A stretch of DNA of 64,000 nucleotides, from the NCBI GenBank assembly GCA_963810935.1, contig CAWEPK010000017.1, positions 160,001 through 224,000 on the forward strand. Reading direction: 5' to 3'. Below, one piece after another: positions 19,444-28,451 of the stretch. The notes under the pieces were generated by a model. That model saw only the letters and a program-made list of their open reading frames with translations, was not told where the DNA came from and did not search any database. Origin of the DNA: an uncultured delta proteobacterium (GTDB lineage: Bacteria; Desulfobacterota; Syntrophorhabdia; Syntrophorhabdales; WCHB1-27). Every line of letters begins with the position of its first letter. Positions within the stretch are counted from its first letter, which is position 1. The translations under genes and the position numbers were made by a program.

Positions 19444-21636
19444 CTATTTACCCGGTGCCGGGCGTGTAAGCAGGCTCTTGGCCGGCTCGCTGCCGGCTGC
19501 TGCGGCCTGTCTCAGGTCATTAAGCATGCGGACCCCGTCGCCAAGGCATTTATAAGCCATCGCCCGGTTATAATAGGCGTCTGCGTATTGCGGGTCGATC
19601 TCGACGGCGCGATCGAAATCGGACACGGCCCGGGCGCAGTCGCCTGCCCCGCCGTAGGCCGCGCCCCTGCTGCCGTAAACATGGGCGTCCCCCGGATCGA
19701 TCTCCAGGGCACGGCCATAATCGCCGATGGCCCCCTTATAATCACCCGCAAGGGCACGGACGAGTCCTCTATTATAGTAGGCCTTCGCGAATTGAGGGTT
19801 AAGCGAGACGGCGGCGGCGAGGTCTTCCATCGCCCCTTTGTAATCGCCCATCGCGCCACGGATAATGCCGCGATTGTTGTATGCGTCCTCGTATTGCGGG
19901 TTAATCCTGATAGCCTCGGTGAAATCGGCCATCGCCCGCGGGTAGTCGCCGAGGGCGTTATAGACCACCCCCCTGTTATACAATGGGTCGGCGTATGCCG
20001 GGCTTATCTGTGCCGCCTTGTCGAAATCCTTCAGGGCGCGTTGGTAATCACCGCGTTTGCTGTATGCGCTGCCCCGATTGTTGAGGATCAGGCCGCTGGG
20101 GGCGGTGACGGCAAGGGCATGGTTATATACTGTTATATCATCCTTCCAGTACCCGACCTGCACCCACGTCGCGGCGAAGAAGCACACCAGGACCCCCGCG
20201 GACGCCGCGGTCAGGGCCTGTTTCCGCCATCGCCACGTTTTGAGAGCGTCCGGCGCACCCCATGCGACGATAATGAACAGTCCGACCAGGGGTATATATG
20301 TGAACCTGTCCGCCCTCGCCTGCAAGCCTGCCTGCACTATACCGATCACAGGCACAAGCGTCCCGCAGTACCAGAACCATCCCGAAGGCAGGTAAGGCCA
20401 TTTACGGCCTGCCCACATTACCGCAGCCGTTATAGCGACAAAGAGCAGCACGGCCGGGACAACGTAGTAAGCAGGCCATGACCCTGGGTGAGGGTAGAGG
20501 ATGGCAAGACCGCTCGGCCAGAACATTTTGCCTATATAGACCGCATAGGAGATAAAACTATTGGCAAGGCGTGCGGAGAGCGACAATACGTCGAGCGATT
20601 CGACCGCCCCTCCCTTCTGCTGGGCGACGTAAGTAATAATAGATGAAACCAGGGCTATCGCGAAAAGAGGGACTTTTTCACGGAGCAAGGGGATTACACG
20701 CGCCGGTCGAAAAGAATAACCGGCCCATGCTTCATGAGGCGGCTCGGTCTGCGGTGCAGCCCGACCGGCAGGTTTCCCTTTTTCCTTCCTATCCTTAGCG
20801 CTTTTGGGCTGCCGCTGCGGCATATCGACGGCCGGCCCTTCAGGGCGGAAGCGGCCCAACGGCCAGTAGTCGAGCAGGAGCAGGGCGAAGGGCAAGGTTA
20901 CGAGCATCGGTTTCGACATAAGGCCCAGCGTAAAACAGGCGAGAAGGGCGAGGTACCTCGCGAGCCGGGGGCCTTCGACGTAGCGGGCGTAAGCCCAGAT
21001 CGTGAGGAACCAGAAAAAAGTGGAGAGCACGTCTTTGCGCTCCGCCACCCAGGCGACGGACTCCACGTGGAGAGGGTGGAGGCCGAACAGGGCCGCCACG
21101 AACGCGCTTTGCCAGAACCCCTTCGTCATCCGCAACAGGACAAGAAAGAGCAGCACGGTATTGGCTATGTGGAGCAGTAGATTTGTGAGGTGATGCCATC
21201 CCGGGTTGAGGCCGAAGAGCTGGACGTCGAGCATGTGGGATATCCACGTAAGTGGATTCCAGTACATCCACGTCAGGGAGCGCCAATCCGCCCCGTAGCC
21301 GATCCTGAAAGCCCATCGCAGGCCCTCCGACGTAAGGCCGTTCCGGATATGGCTATTCCCGGTGACGTAGGACGGATCGTCCAGGTTGATAAAATCGCAA
21401 AAAAAGACCTGCCAGAGCGCGCACGCCACGACAACAGCCAGAAGAAGGCAGACCAGTATCGTCCGTTTCTTTCCCGGCGCGCCCGGCTCCACGGTCAACT
21501 TTTTCGCTCCCCGGCGTGTTTTCGCGCTCACGAAGCCCTGCTTATCGCCGCCCCCCGGGGCGGCTAATCGAAAGTCCGCAATCTTACAAACGGGGCTCGA
21601 CGTTGTCAAGCGGTTCTTGAATAATAAGGTTTTCAT
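19444..21636 (-). CDS. TMTC-like GT-C membrane glycosyltransferase with about 6 C-terminal TPR repeats
   Basis: NLDDPSYV after TM1, NPLTWIS, HLTNLLLH, HPLHVESVAWVAERKDVL, SKPMLVTLP, ADRFTYIP, then 34-aa TPRs. True start may be downstream, e.g. GTG at about 21531. Confidence 0.75.
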   Translation of the reverse strand: MKTLLFKNRLTTSSPVCKIADFRLAAPGGGDKQGFVSAKTRRGAKKLTVEPGAPGKKRTILVCLLLAVVVACALWQVFFCDFINLDDPSYVTGNSHIRNGLTSEGLRWAFRIGYGADWRSLTWMYWNPLTWISHMLDVQLFGLNPGWHHLTNLLLHIANTVLLFLVLLRMTKGFWQSAFVAALFGLHPLHVESVAWVAERKDVLSTFFWFLTIWAYARYVEGPRLARYLALLACFTLGLMSKPMLVTLPFALLLLDYWPLGRFRPEGPAVDMPQRQPKSAKDRKEKGKPAGRAAPQTEPPHEAWAGYSFRPARVIPLLREKVPLFAIALVSSIITYVAQQKGGAVESLDVLSLSARLANSFISYAVYIGKMFWPSGLAILYPHPGSWPAYYVVPAVLLFVAITAAVMWAGRKWPYLPSGWFWYCGTLVPVIGIVQAGLQARADRFTYIPLVGLFIIVAWGAPDALKTWRWRKQALTAASAGVLVCFFAATWVQVGYWKDDITVYNHALAVTAPSGLILNNRGSAYSKRGDYQRALKDFDKAAQISPAYADPLYNRGVVYNALGDYPRAMADFTEAIRINPQYEDAYNNRGIIRGAMGDYKGAMEDLAAAVSLNPQFAKAYYNRGLVRALAGDYKGAIGDYGRALEIDPGDAHVYGSRGAAYGGAGDCARAVSDFDRAVEIDPQYADAYYNRAMAYKCLGDGVRMLNDLRQAAAAGSEPAKSLLTRPAPGK
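19483..20094 (-). repeat. Six tandem TPR-coding repeats (about 102 nt period)
   Basis: Repeating YxNRG...GDYxxAxxDFxxAxxIxP units in the translation. Confidence 0.8.
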
Positions 21637-21665
21637 TTACTTGTCAAAGTGCTAATATAGGCCGC

Positions 21666-22376
21666 GTGGTGCTCTCCATTGTAATACCCGTATATAATGA
21701 AGCCTCGACCATCGGCGATATTTGCGAGAAGATACGCAGCGTTCAACTGTCCGCCTCGATAGGAAAGGAGGTCATCATAGTCGATGACGGCTCTACCGAC
21801 GGGACCGAAGAGGCGGTCATCCGGTACACGGAGAGGCACAGCGATTTCCGCGCCGCGTATTTGAGGCATAGCGTAAACAAAGGCAAGGGCGCGGCGATCC
21901 GGACAGGCATAAATAGCGCTTCAGGGGACTTCCTGCTGATACAGGACGCGGACCTGGAATACGACCCCCGGGAGTACGACCTCCTGCTGAAACCTGCCCT
22001 CGAAGGTTTCGCCGATGTCGTTTACGGTTCGCGTTTCGTGGGCGGGAACCCTCATCGTGTCCTTTTCTTTTCGCATACGATAGGCAACCGGCTCCTCACT
22101 TTCTTCTCAAACCTCTTCACGGGGTTGAACCTCACGGACATGGAGACTTGTTATAAGCTTTTCCGGACGGACATAATAAAATCGATCCCCTTAAAGGAAA
22201 ATCGTTTCGGCTTCGAGCCCGAAGTGACTGCAAAGATTGCAAGAATCCCGAATATACGTATCTACGAAGTCGGCATTTCTTATCACGGGAGGACGTACCG
22301 GGAGGGTAAAAAGATCAACTGGAAAGACGGCTTCAAGGCAATTTATTGCATCGTGAAATATAATCTTTTCAGATGA
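21666..22376 (+). CDS. GT2, polyprenol-phosphate glycosyltransferase (DPM1/GtrB-like)
   Basis: SIVIPVYNE, VDDGSTDGT, NKGKGAA, IQDADLEYDP, VYGSRF, TDMETCYK, FGFEPE, EGKKINWKDG. Confidence 0.85.
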   Translation: MVLSIVIPVYNEASTIGDICEKIRSVQLSASIGKEVIIVDDGSTDGTEEAVIRYTERHSDFRAAYLRHSVNKGKGAAIRTGINSASGDFLLIQDADLEYDPREYDLLLKPALEGFADVVYGSRFVGGNPHRVLFFSHTIGNRLLTFFSNLFTGLNLTDMETCYKLFRTDIIKSIPLKENRFGFEPEVTAKIARIPNIRIYEVGISYHGRTYREGKKINWKDGFKAIYCIVKYNLFR

Positions 22377-22831
22377 TCCGGATTATCCGGACCCACCCCG
22401 GAAGCAGCGGAGTCATCCGCCCGGCAGCGGTTTTCCCGCGACGACGCACCGGTTGATATACAAGTTGACTTTCCATGTGTTGGGCTGCGCGGCAAGCCCG
22501 GTCGGGATATGACGTGGTATATTGTTGTTACCACAATATTACCTCATCTATTGTCGAATTTTGTTGACAGAATCAGCCCAATTGTTAAAAATAGAGTGTA
22601 AATAAACCAAAGATGCGTTTGCTTTGAGGGCCGCTGGGAGCTTGGGCCCCGCGCCTGCTCTCAGGAATTGTTGGGTTACGGGGGCGAAAAAGGAGGTGGG
22701 CTGTCGGCAGGATTGACCGGACAGAAGCATAGTTTCAAGGTTTCGCGCGAATAACGGCGAAGCCCGTCTCAAGCCCACGAACGACACGTGGCAAATGCGG
22801 TACAAGCGAAAAAGGAGGAGGAGGAGAAAAA

Positions 22832-24655
22832 ATGTACCACCAGAACTACAACCCTCTGGGTAATGTACTGCTCTCTACTATTGCGGCGGCAATTCCGATT
22901 CTGGTCCTTCTTTACTTCATAGCGCTCCATCCCCACAGGGATAAGACAGGCGTGAAGCACCTGGGCATAAGCGCCCCATATGCGGCCTTCTACGGCGTGA
23001 TAGCGGCATTCGTTGTATCCTGCGTGGTCTTTGCCATGCCCTTCAAGTCTGCTATCTCGGCGTTCGCCTATGGGTCTCTCTCGGGCTTCCTGGGGATCAT
23101 ATGGATCGTTCTGGCAGCCATGTTCCTTTACACGATGACGGTCATAACGGGCAAGTTTGAGATCGTCAAGGAATCGATCATCCATATCTCGTTCGACCGG
23201 CGCTTGCAGGTGCTGCTCATCGCGTTCTCCTTCGGCGCCATCATCGAGGGCACGTCAGGCTTCGGCACGCCCGTCGCCATCGCCGGCGCGGTCATGGTGG
23301 GCCTCGGGTTCGCGCCCTTCGAGGCGTGCGTGCTCAACCTGATTGCCAACACGGCGCCGGTCGCCTTCGGCGCTATCGGCACACCCATCGTCACGCTCGC
23401 GCAGGTCAGCGGCCTCGACCAGTTGACCCTGTCGTCGATGGCCGGGCGGCAGCTTCCCTTCGTCTCTGTTATCGTGCCCTTCTGGCTCGTGGCTACCTTT
23501 GTATTCATGCACAAGGGCAAATGGAAAGATGTCTGGGAGGTCTGGCCTGCCACGCTCTGCTCCGGCCTTTCCTTCGCCCTCATGCAGTTTGCGGCGTCGC
23601 AGACGAACGCATTCCACCTGATGACGGACGTCGTCGCGGGCGTCTTCTCGGTTGTCTGCACCGCCCTCTTCCTGCGCTTCGTCTGGCGTCCGAAGACGCG
23701 CTTCCTCCTTGCCGGGGAAAAAGACGTTGAAGTCCCCGCGGCCGCTGCTCCGGGCGCGAAAAAGACCCCGGTGAAGGCGCCGGTCGGCGAGTGGAAGTAT
23801 CCTTACACCATCGGCCAGACGGCATATGCCTGGGTACCTTGGGGCATCCTCATCTGCTGCTGCGCCGTCTGGGGTATGCCGGCCTGGAAGGCGTACCTCG
23901 ATCAGCTTCTAAACGGCATAAAGATCCAGACGACTTTCCTCGGCTCGACCTTCGCCGGGACGCTCTCTCTGCCTAAATGGAGCATGCCCGCGCTCCATCA
24001 GATGGTCCAGAGGATGCCGCCGGTAGCTCCTATCAACGCGAAGCCGGAAGGCGCCATATTCGCGATCAACTGGCTGTCCGCCGCAGGCACGGGCGTTTTC
24101 GTGGCGGCGCTTTTGACGGGTATCACCCTCGGTCTTGGCGGCAAACAGTGGGGCGAGGCCATAGCCCGGACCTTCAGGCGTATGAAGATCCCCGTACTGG
24201 TTATCGGGCAGGTGCTCGGCCTCGGATACCTTACCCGTTACGCCGGGACAGACGCTGTACTCGGCCTTGCCTTTACGGGGGCCGGCGTCCTTTACCCGTT
24301 CTTCTCGCCCTTTCTCGGCTGGCTGGGCGTCTTTTTGACCGGCTCGGACACGGCGGCGAACGCCCTGTTCGGCAGCCTCCAGAGGATTACGGCGCAGCAG
24401 TTGCACCTGAACGAGGTACTGATCGTGGCGTCGAACTCGACGGGCGGCGTCATGGGCAAGATGATCGACGCCCAGTCCATTATGGTCGCCTGCGCGGCCT
24501 GCTACGAAGACCCGTACGAGCGCAGCCATGCGCTCGGGCCTATCTTCAGGAAGGTCTTCTGGCACTCCATTGCGCTGGCTGCCATCATGGGCATTATAGT
24601 GATATTGCAGGCATACGTCTTCCCGTGGATGATACCCAGTCTGCCTCCGAAGTGA
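22832..24655 (+). CDS. lctP: L-lactate/glycolate permease (LctP family)
   Basis: EGTSGFGTPVAI, ANTAPVAFGAIGTP, GWLGVFLTGSDTAANALFG, GGVMGKMIDAQS; strong RBS. Confidence 0.93.
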   Translation: MYHQNYNPLGNVLLSTIAAAIPILVLLYFIALHPHRDKTGVKHLGISAPYAAFYGVIAAFVVSCVVFAMPFKSAISAFAYGSLSGFLGIIWIVLAAMFLYTMTVITGKFEIVKESIIHISFDRRLQVLLIAFSFGAIIEGTSGFGTPVAIAGAVMVGLGFAPFEACVLNLIANTAPVAFGAIGTPIVTLAQVSGLDQLTLSSMAGRQLPFVSVIVPFWLVATFVFMHKGKWKDVWEVWPATLCSGLSFALMQFAASQTNAFHLMTDVVAGVFSVVCTALFLRFVWRPKTRFLLAGEKDVEVPAAAAPGAKKTPVKAPVGEWKYPYTIGQTAYAWVPWGILICCCAVWGMPAWKAYLDQLLNGIKIQTTFLGSTFAGTLSLPKWSMPALHQMVQRMPPVAPINAKPEGAIFAINWLSAAGTGVFVAALLTGITLGLGGKQWGEAIARTFRRMKIPVLVIGQVLGLGYLTRYAGTDAVLGLAFTGAGVLYPFFSPFLGWLGVFLTGSDTAANALFGSLQRITAQQLHLNEVLIVASNSTGGVMGKMIDAQSIMVACAACYEDPYERSHALGPIFRKVFWHSIALAAIMGIIVILQAYVFPWMIPSLPPK

Positions 24656-24748
24656 GTCTGACTGTATAGCAAGCAATGAAGGGGAGGAAGGGCTTGCAGC
24701 AATGCCCGACTTCCCCTTCTTAATTCTTACCTGAAGGAGGCTTGAGGC

Positions 24749-26149
24749 ATGAACGGAAAGATGGAGCAGCTCATCGGCCAATACCGCGCATTTTTGAAAG
24801 ACGAGCAGATCGTGACGGACAAGGAAGGTATGGCCCACTATTGTTATGACGCCACGGAGATGCGGTTCATGCCGGATGTGGTCGTCCTGCCCTTCTCGAC
24901 TGAAGAGGTCTCCCGGATTATGAAGCCGGCCTACGAGGCCGACATACCACTCACTCCGCAGGGAGGGCGAACGGGCCTGTCAGGAGGCGCGCTCCCTGTT
25001 GCCGGGGGCGTTCTCCTCTCCCTGATGCGGATGAACAAGGTGCTCGAGATCGACGAGAAAAACATGCAGGTGGTCGTCGAACCGGGCGTCGTGGCGGCAG
25101 ACCTGCAGGCAACGTTGACAAAGCATAACCTCTTCTTCCCGCCCGACCCTTCGAGCACCATCGAGAGCACCCTGGGCGGCAACGTGGCTGAAAACGCCGG
25201 CTATACCCGCGCCGTGAAATACGGCGTGACCAGGGACTATATCCTGGGCCTGGAGGCGGTCCTGCCCAACGGCGACATCATAAACGTGGGCGGCAGGACG
25301 GTGAAGAACGTCACGGGGTACGACCTCGTCTCCCTTATCGTAGGGTCCGAAGGCACGCTGGCGGTAGTGACGAAGATCATCGCGAAGCTGCTGCCGAAAC
25401 CGGCGCTGCGCCGAACCTGCATCTTCTACCTGGACGACCTCGTCGCGGCGGCAGACCTCGTCGTCGGCATCTTCGGAAGCGGCATCGTGCCGTGCGCAAT
25501 CGAGTTCATGGATAATACGAGCATCAACTGCGTGGCCGACTACCTCTCCGCCTCGGCGGACCTCCGCAGAGACGCCGCCGTCATGGTGCTCGTGGAAGTT
25601 GACGGAAACCACCAGGCAGCGGTAGACGGGGACGTGAACAATGTGTTCGAGCTGGCCCGGAAGTCCAAAGGCGTCATCGAGTCGAAGCTCGCCAAAGACG
25701 ACGAGGAGGCGGACCGCCTGTGGCGCATCAGGCGGGAGACGCTGCCCGCGCTCAAGGCACTCGGCAAGGACCACCTGGAGGCCGACGTCGTTGTACCCCG
25801 GTACAGGCTGCCCTACCTGGCGGGCTCGATAAAAGAGAGCGGGGAAGGAAAGAAGGTCAACATAGCGACTTACGGCCACGCGGGCGACGGCAACCTGCAC
25901 GTCACCATCCAGTACAGGAGGCGCAACTTCGCGGAAACGTCAGAGGCCCACGAGCTGCTCGGCGAGATATACAAGAAGGCCGTCGAGATGCAGGGCAAGC
26001 TATCGGGCGAGCACGGGATCGGCCTTACTGCCAAAGATTATATGTTCATGCAGATGGGGCCCATCGAGATAGCGCTGATGAAGCGGGTCAAGCAGGCATT
26101 CGATCCGAAGGGGCTACTAAACCCAGGCAAAATCTTCCCCTCCGAATAG
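24749..26149 (+). CDS. FAD-linked 2-hydroxy-acid dehydrogenase (GlcD/Dld/LctD-like)
   Basis: GGRTGLSGG, FPPDPSS, GGNVAENAG, VKYGVTRDY, GSEGTL, GHAGDGNLH, SGEHGIG, FDPKGLLNPGK. Confidence 0.9.
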   Translation: MNGKMEQLIGQYRAFLKDEQIVTDKEGMAHYCYDATEMRFMPDVVVLPFSTEEVSRIMKPAYEADIPLTPQGGRTGLSGGALPVAGGVLLSLMRMNKVLEIDEKNMQVVVEPGVVAADLQATLTKHNLFFPPDPSSTIESTLGGNVAENAGYTRAVKYGVTRDYILGLEAVLPNGDIINVGGRTVKNVTGYDLVSLIVGSEGTLAVVTKIIAKLLPKPALRRTCIFYLDDLVAAADLVVGIFGSGIVPCAIEFMDNTSINCVADYLSASADLRRDAAVMVLVEVDGNHQAAVDGDVNNVFELARKSKGVIESKLAKDDEEADRLWRIRRETLPALKALGKDHLEADVVVPRYRLPYLAGSIKESGEGKKVNIATYGHAGDGNLHVTIQYRRRNFAETSEAHELLGEIYKKAVEMQGKLSGEHGIGLTAKDYMFMQMGPIEIALMKRVKQAFDPKGLLNPGKIFPSE

Positions 26150-26317
26150 GAGGGTGGTTGGGGCCGTCGAAAATCTCCCGGCCCCTTTCCATACGCGTTT
26201 AATGTTTCTTGGGACAGAAGGCTACGTTCACATCCCTGAAAGCGTAGTTAGTTATAAGAAAAATGTCCACATAATCCGGCCAGCCAGTTATTATTGGCGT
26301 ACTTCTTCAGGCTGGCC

Positions 26318-26346
26318 TTGCTCAGCAGGCGTTCGCCGATTATAAT
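26318..26346 (+). promoter_or_regulatory. Putative sigma70 promoter of sodC
   Basis: TTGCTC-N17-TATAAT. Confidence 0.6.
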
Positions 26347-26400
26347 TAGGCAACAGGCGAAATCGAATCGTCCGCCATTACCGGTTCACAGGAGGACTCC

Positions 26401-26940
26401 ATGAAATATGCTGCACTGCTGTTTACTGTTTGTTCTCTTTTGATTCTTGGACCGGCACAATCATTCGGCCAGGCTGCAGGCGGCCAGCAGGCAACAAAGG
26501 CCGTTGCGGTCCTCAACCCCGTTTCCGGTAGCTCGGTTACCGGCGTTGTAACATTCACCCGGGTCGATAACGGCATCAAGGTGGTTGCCGACGTGCAAGG
26601 CTTAACTCCCGGCAAGCACGGTTTCCACGTACACCAGTACGGGGATTGCACAGCGACGAACGGGGATTCCGCAGGCGGCCACTTCAACCCGGAAGGCAAA
26701 CCGCACGGGGCGCCCATCAGCGGTGAGCGCCACGCGGGCGATTTTGGCAACATTACGGCAGGCGCCGACGGTAAGGCCCACTACGAGTGGACGGACCCGA
26801 TGATCGCCTTCGAAGGACGCGATTCCATCATGGGCCGGGGACTTATCGTCCACGCGAACGCCGACGATCTTACGTCGCAGCCGGCCGGTAATTCAGGCCC
26901 CAAGGTGGCCTGCGGCGTGATCGGCATCGCCGCAAAGTAA
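26401..26940 (+). CDS. sodC: Periplasmic Cu/Zn superoxide dismutase
   Basis: Signal peptide; HGFHVH, DC...SAGGHFNP, HG...RHAGDFGNI, GRGLIVH, ACGVI; RBS CAGGAGG. Confidence 0.93.
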   Translation: MKYAALLFTVCSLLILGPAQSFGQAAGGQQATKAVAVLNPVSGSSVTGVVTFTRVDNGIKVVADVQGLTPGKHGFHVHQYGDCTATNGDSAGGHFNPEGKPHGAPISGERHAGDFGNITAGADGKAHYEWTDPMIAFEGRDSIMGRGLIVHANADDLTSQPAGNSGPKVACGVIGIAAK

Positions 26941-26956
26941 GCGCCCTTGGATCAGC

Positions 26957-26996
26957 AATAGAAAAGGGGAGCCGGTTTCGGCTCCCCTTTTCTATT
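26957..26996. terminator. Bidirectional intrinsic terminator
   Basis: Perfect 18-bp inverted repeat AATAGAAAAGGGGAGCCG-GTTT-CGGCTCCCCTTTTCTATT between convergent units. Confidence 0.9.
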
Positions 26997-27002
26997 ATTC
27001 GA

Positions 27003-27101
27003 TCACTTAACCGGCAGGCTGGGTGTCATCCACGGGAAGACATGCGCCTGCAACAGCAATATCAATCCCACGACACCGGCCGGCACTATCGAGTGCCAGA
27101 A
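27003..27101 (-). pseudogene. Remnant 3' end of a second lactate/glycolate permease gene
   Basis: Minus strand reads FWHSIVPAGVVGLILLLQAHVFPWMTPSLPVK*, 21/32 identical by manual count to the LctP C-terminus FWHSIALAAIMGIIVILQAYVFPWMIPSLPPK* (24557-24655). Confidence 0.85.
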
Positions 27102-27176
27102 ACGGCCGGGATGCCAGGCGCCACGGTCCGGACCACGCCGGAGACAATGCGCCAAATATCCCGGCCGCCCTTCGCC

Positions 27177-28439
27177 TTACTTGCTTGCTTCCTTTATCAG
27201 CTCACTGATGTGGATCACCTTTGTGGACAGGCCGGCCTTCTTTACGCCGTAGGTCAACTGTATCACGCAGCCCGGACATTCCGTCGTCAGTATGTCGGCC
27301 CCTGTTTTCTTGAGAAACTCCATCTTCTTTTCAAGGACCTTCATCGACTGCTCGTAGTGCATGATGTTGTAGCTGCCCGCCGCGCCGCAGCACCGGTCCG
27401 CTTCCTGCATCTCCACGAAGTTTATGCCGGGTATCTTCTTTATAAGCTCCCTGGGCTGCTTCGTAATATTCTGGTAGCGGCTCATGTGGCACGGGTCGTG
27501 ATACGTAACTTTCTTCCCGGCCAGGCTCTTACCGTTAAGCTCTCCGATCTGGGTCACCATGAACTCGCTGAAGGCCTTTACCTTTTTGGCGATGTCCTGC
27601 GCGCGCTTCTTCCAAACCGGGTCCTCTTCGAATAGCTCCGGGTACTCTTTCAGGAATGCAGAGCAGCTACCGCACTCCGTGACTATCACGGGGGTATCCA
27701 GCTTCTCCAGCACCTCGATGTTCTTGCGCGCCATCTTACGCGCCGCCTCGACGTCGCCGTAGCCGAAGGCCGGAAGCCCGCAGCAGCAGTTGTCTGCGAT
27801 CTTGACCTTTGCCCCCTGGCTGACCAGGACGCCGACCGTCGACTCGCTCACCTGCGGCAGCATATAATTGAAGCCGCAGCCGACGAAGTAGCTGACTTCC
27901 GTCTTCACTTTTGTCGGCTCCAGGCGAAGGTTGCGGACCCTCTCACGGAAGAAAGGCGTCGGTATCTTCTCTATGAGACCTTCGGCCTTGTCCATGTCTT
28001 TGCCGAACCAGCTTAAGATGCCCATGGCCCTGGCGAGCTTTGAGAGGCCCGTGTTCTTGCCGATGGCGAGCAGGCGGACATACTTGCCCATCTTCTGCGG
28101 GTTGGGCAGCAGGTCGTTGAAGAGCATCTTCATCACCTTCGGCTGCCCCACGCGCTTCATATACTCGGCCCTTCCTGCGACTACGGCCTTGTCCGTGCGC
28201 ACTGCGGGAAAGCAGTTGGCCACGCACGCCTTGCAGAGCAGGCACTCGAAGAGCGGGTCCTTGAAGTCCGCGCTGATCTCCATCTTGCCTTCGGCCAGGC
28301 CGCGCACGTGGGCATTGTGCCCGCGCGCCACGTTCTTCTCGACGCCGGTGACCGCGAATATCGGGCAGTGCGCCTGACAGAAGCCGCAACGGTTGCATTT
28401 TGAGACTTCTTCGTATACTTGCTTATATTGTTCGTTCAT
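27177..28439 (-). CDS. glcF: GlcF-like Fe-S subunit (2x[4Fe-4S] plus two CCG domains)
   Basis: CNRCGFCQAHCP, CLLCKACVANC, CCCG, ECGSC, YHDPCH, RCCG, ECPGC. Confidence 0.88.
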   Translation of the reverse strand: MNEQYKQVYEEVSKCNRCGFCQAHCPIFAVTGVEKNVARGHNAHVRGLAEGKMEISADFKDPLFECLLCKACVANCFPAVRTDKAVVAGRAEYMKRVGQPKVMKMLFNDLLPNPQKMGKYVRLLAIGKNTGLSKLARAMGILSWFGKDMDKAEGLIEKIPTPFFRERVRNLRLEPTKVKTEVSYFVGCGFNYMLPQVSESTVGVLVSQGAKVKIADNCCCGLPAFGYGDVEAARKMARKNIEVLEKLDTPVIVTECGSCSAFLKEYPELFEEDPVWKKRAQDIAKKVKAFSEFMVTQIGELNGKSLAGKKVTYHDPCHMSRYQNITKQPRELIKKIPGINFVEMQEADRCCGAAGSYNIMHYEQSMKVLEKKMEFLKKTGADILTTECPGCVIQLTYGVKKAGLSTKVIHISELIKEASK

Positions 28440-28451
28440 TGTTATTCCCCT

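Noticed and set aside
19426..20481. 351-aa plus-strand ORF with repeats
   Set aside because: Antisense shadow of the TPR-coding region.
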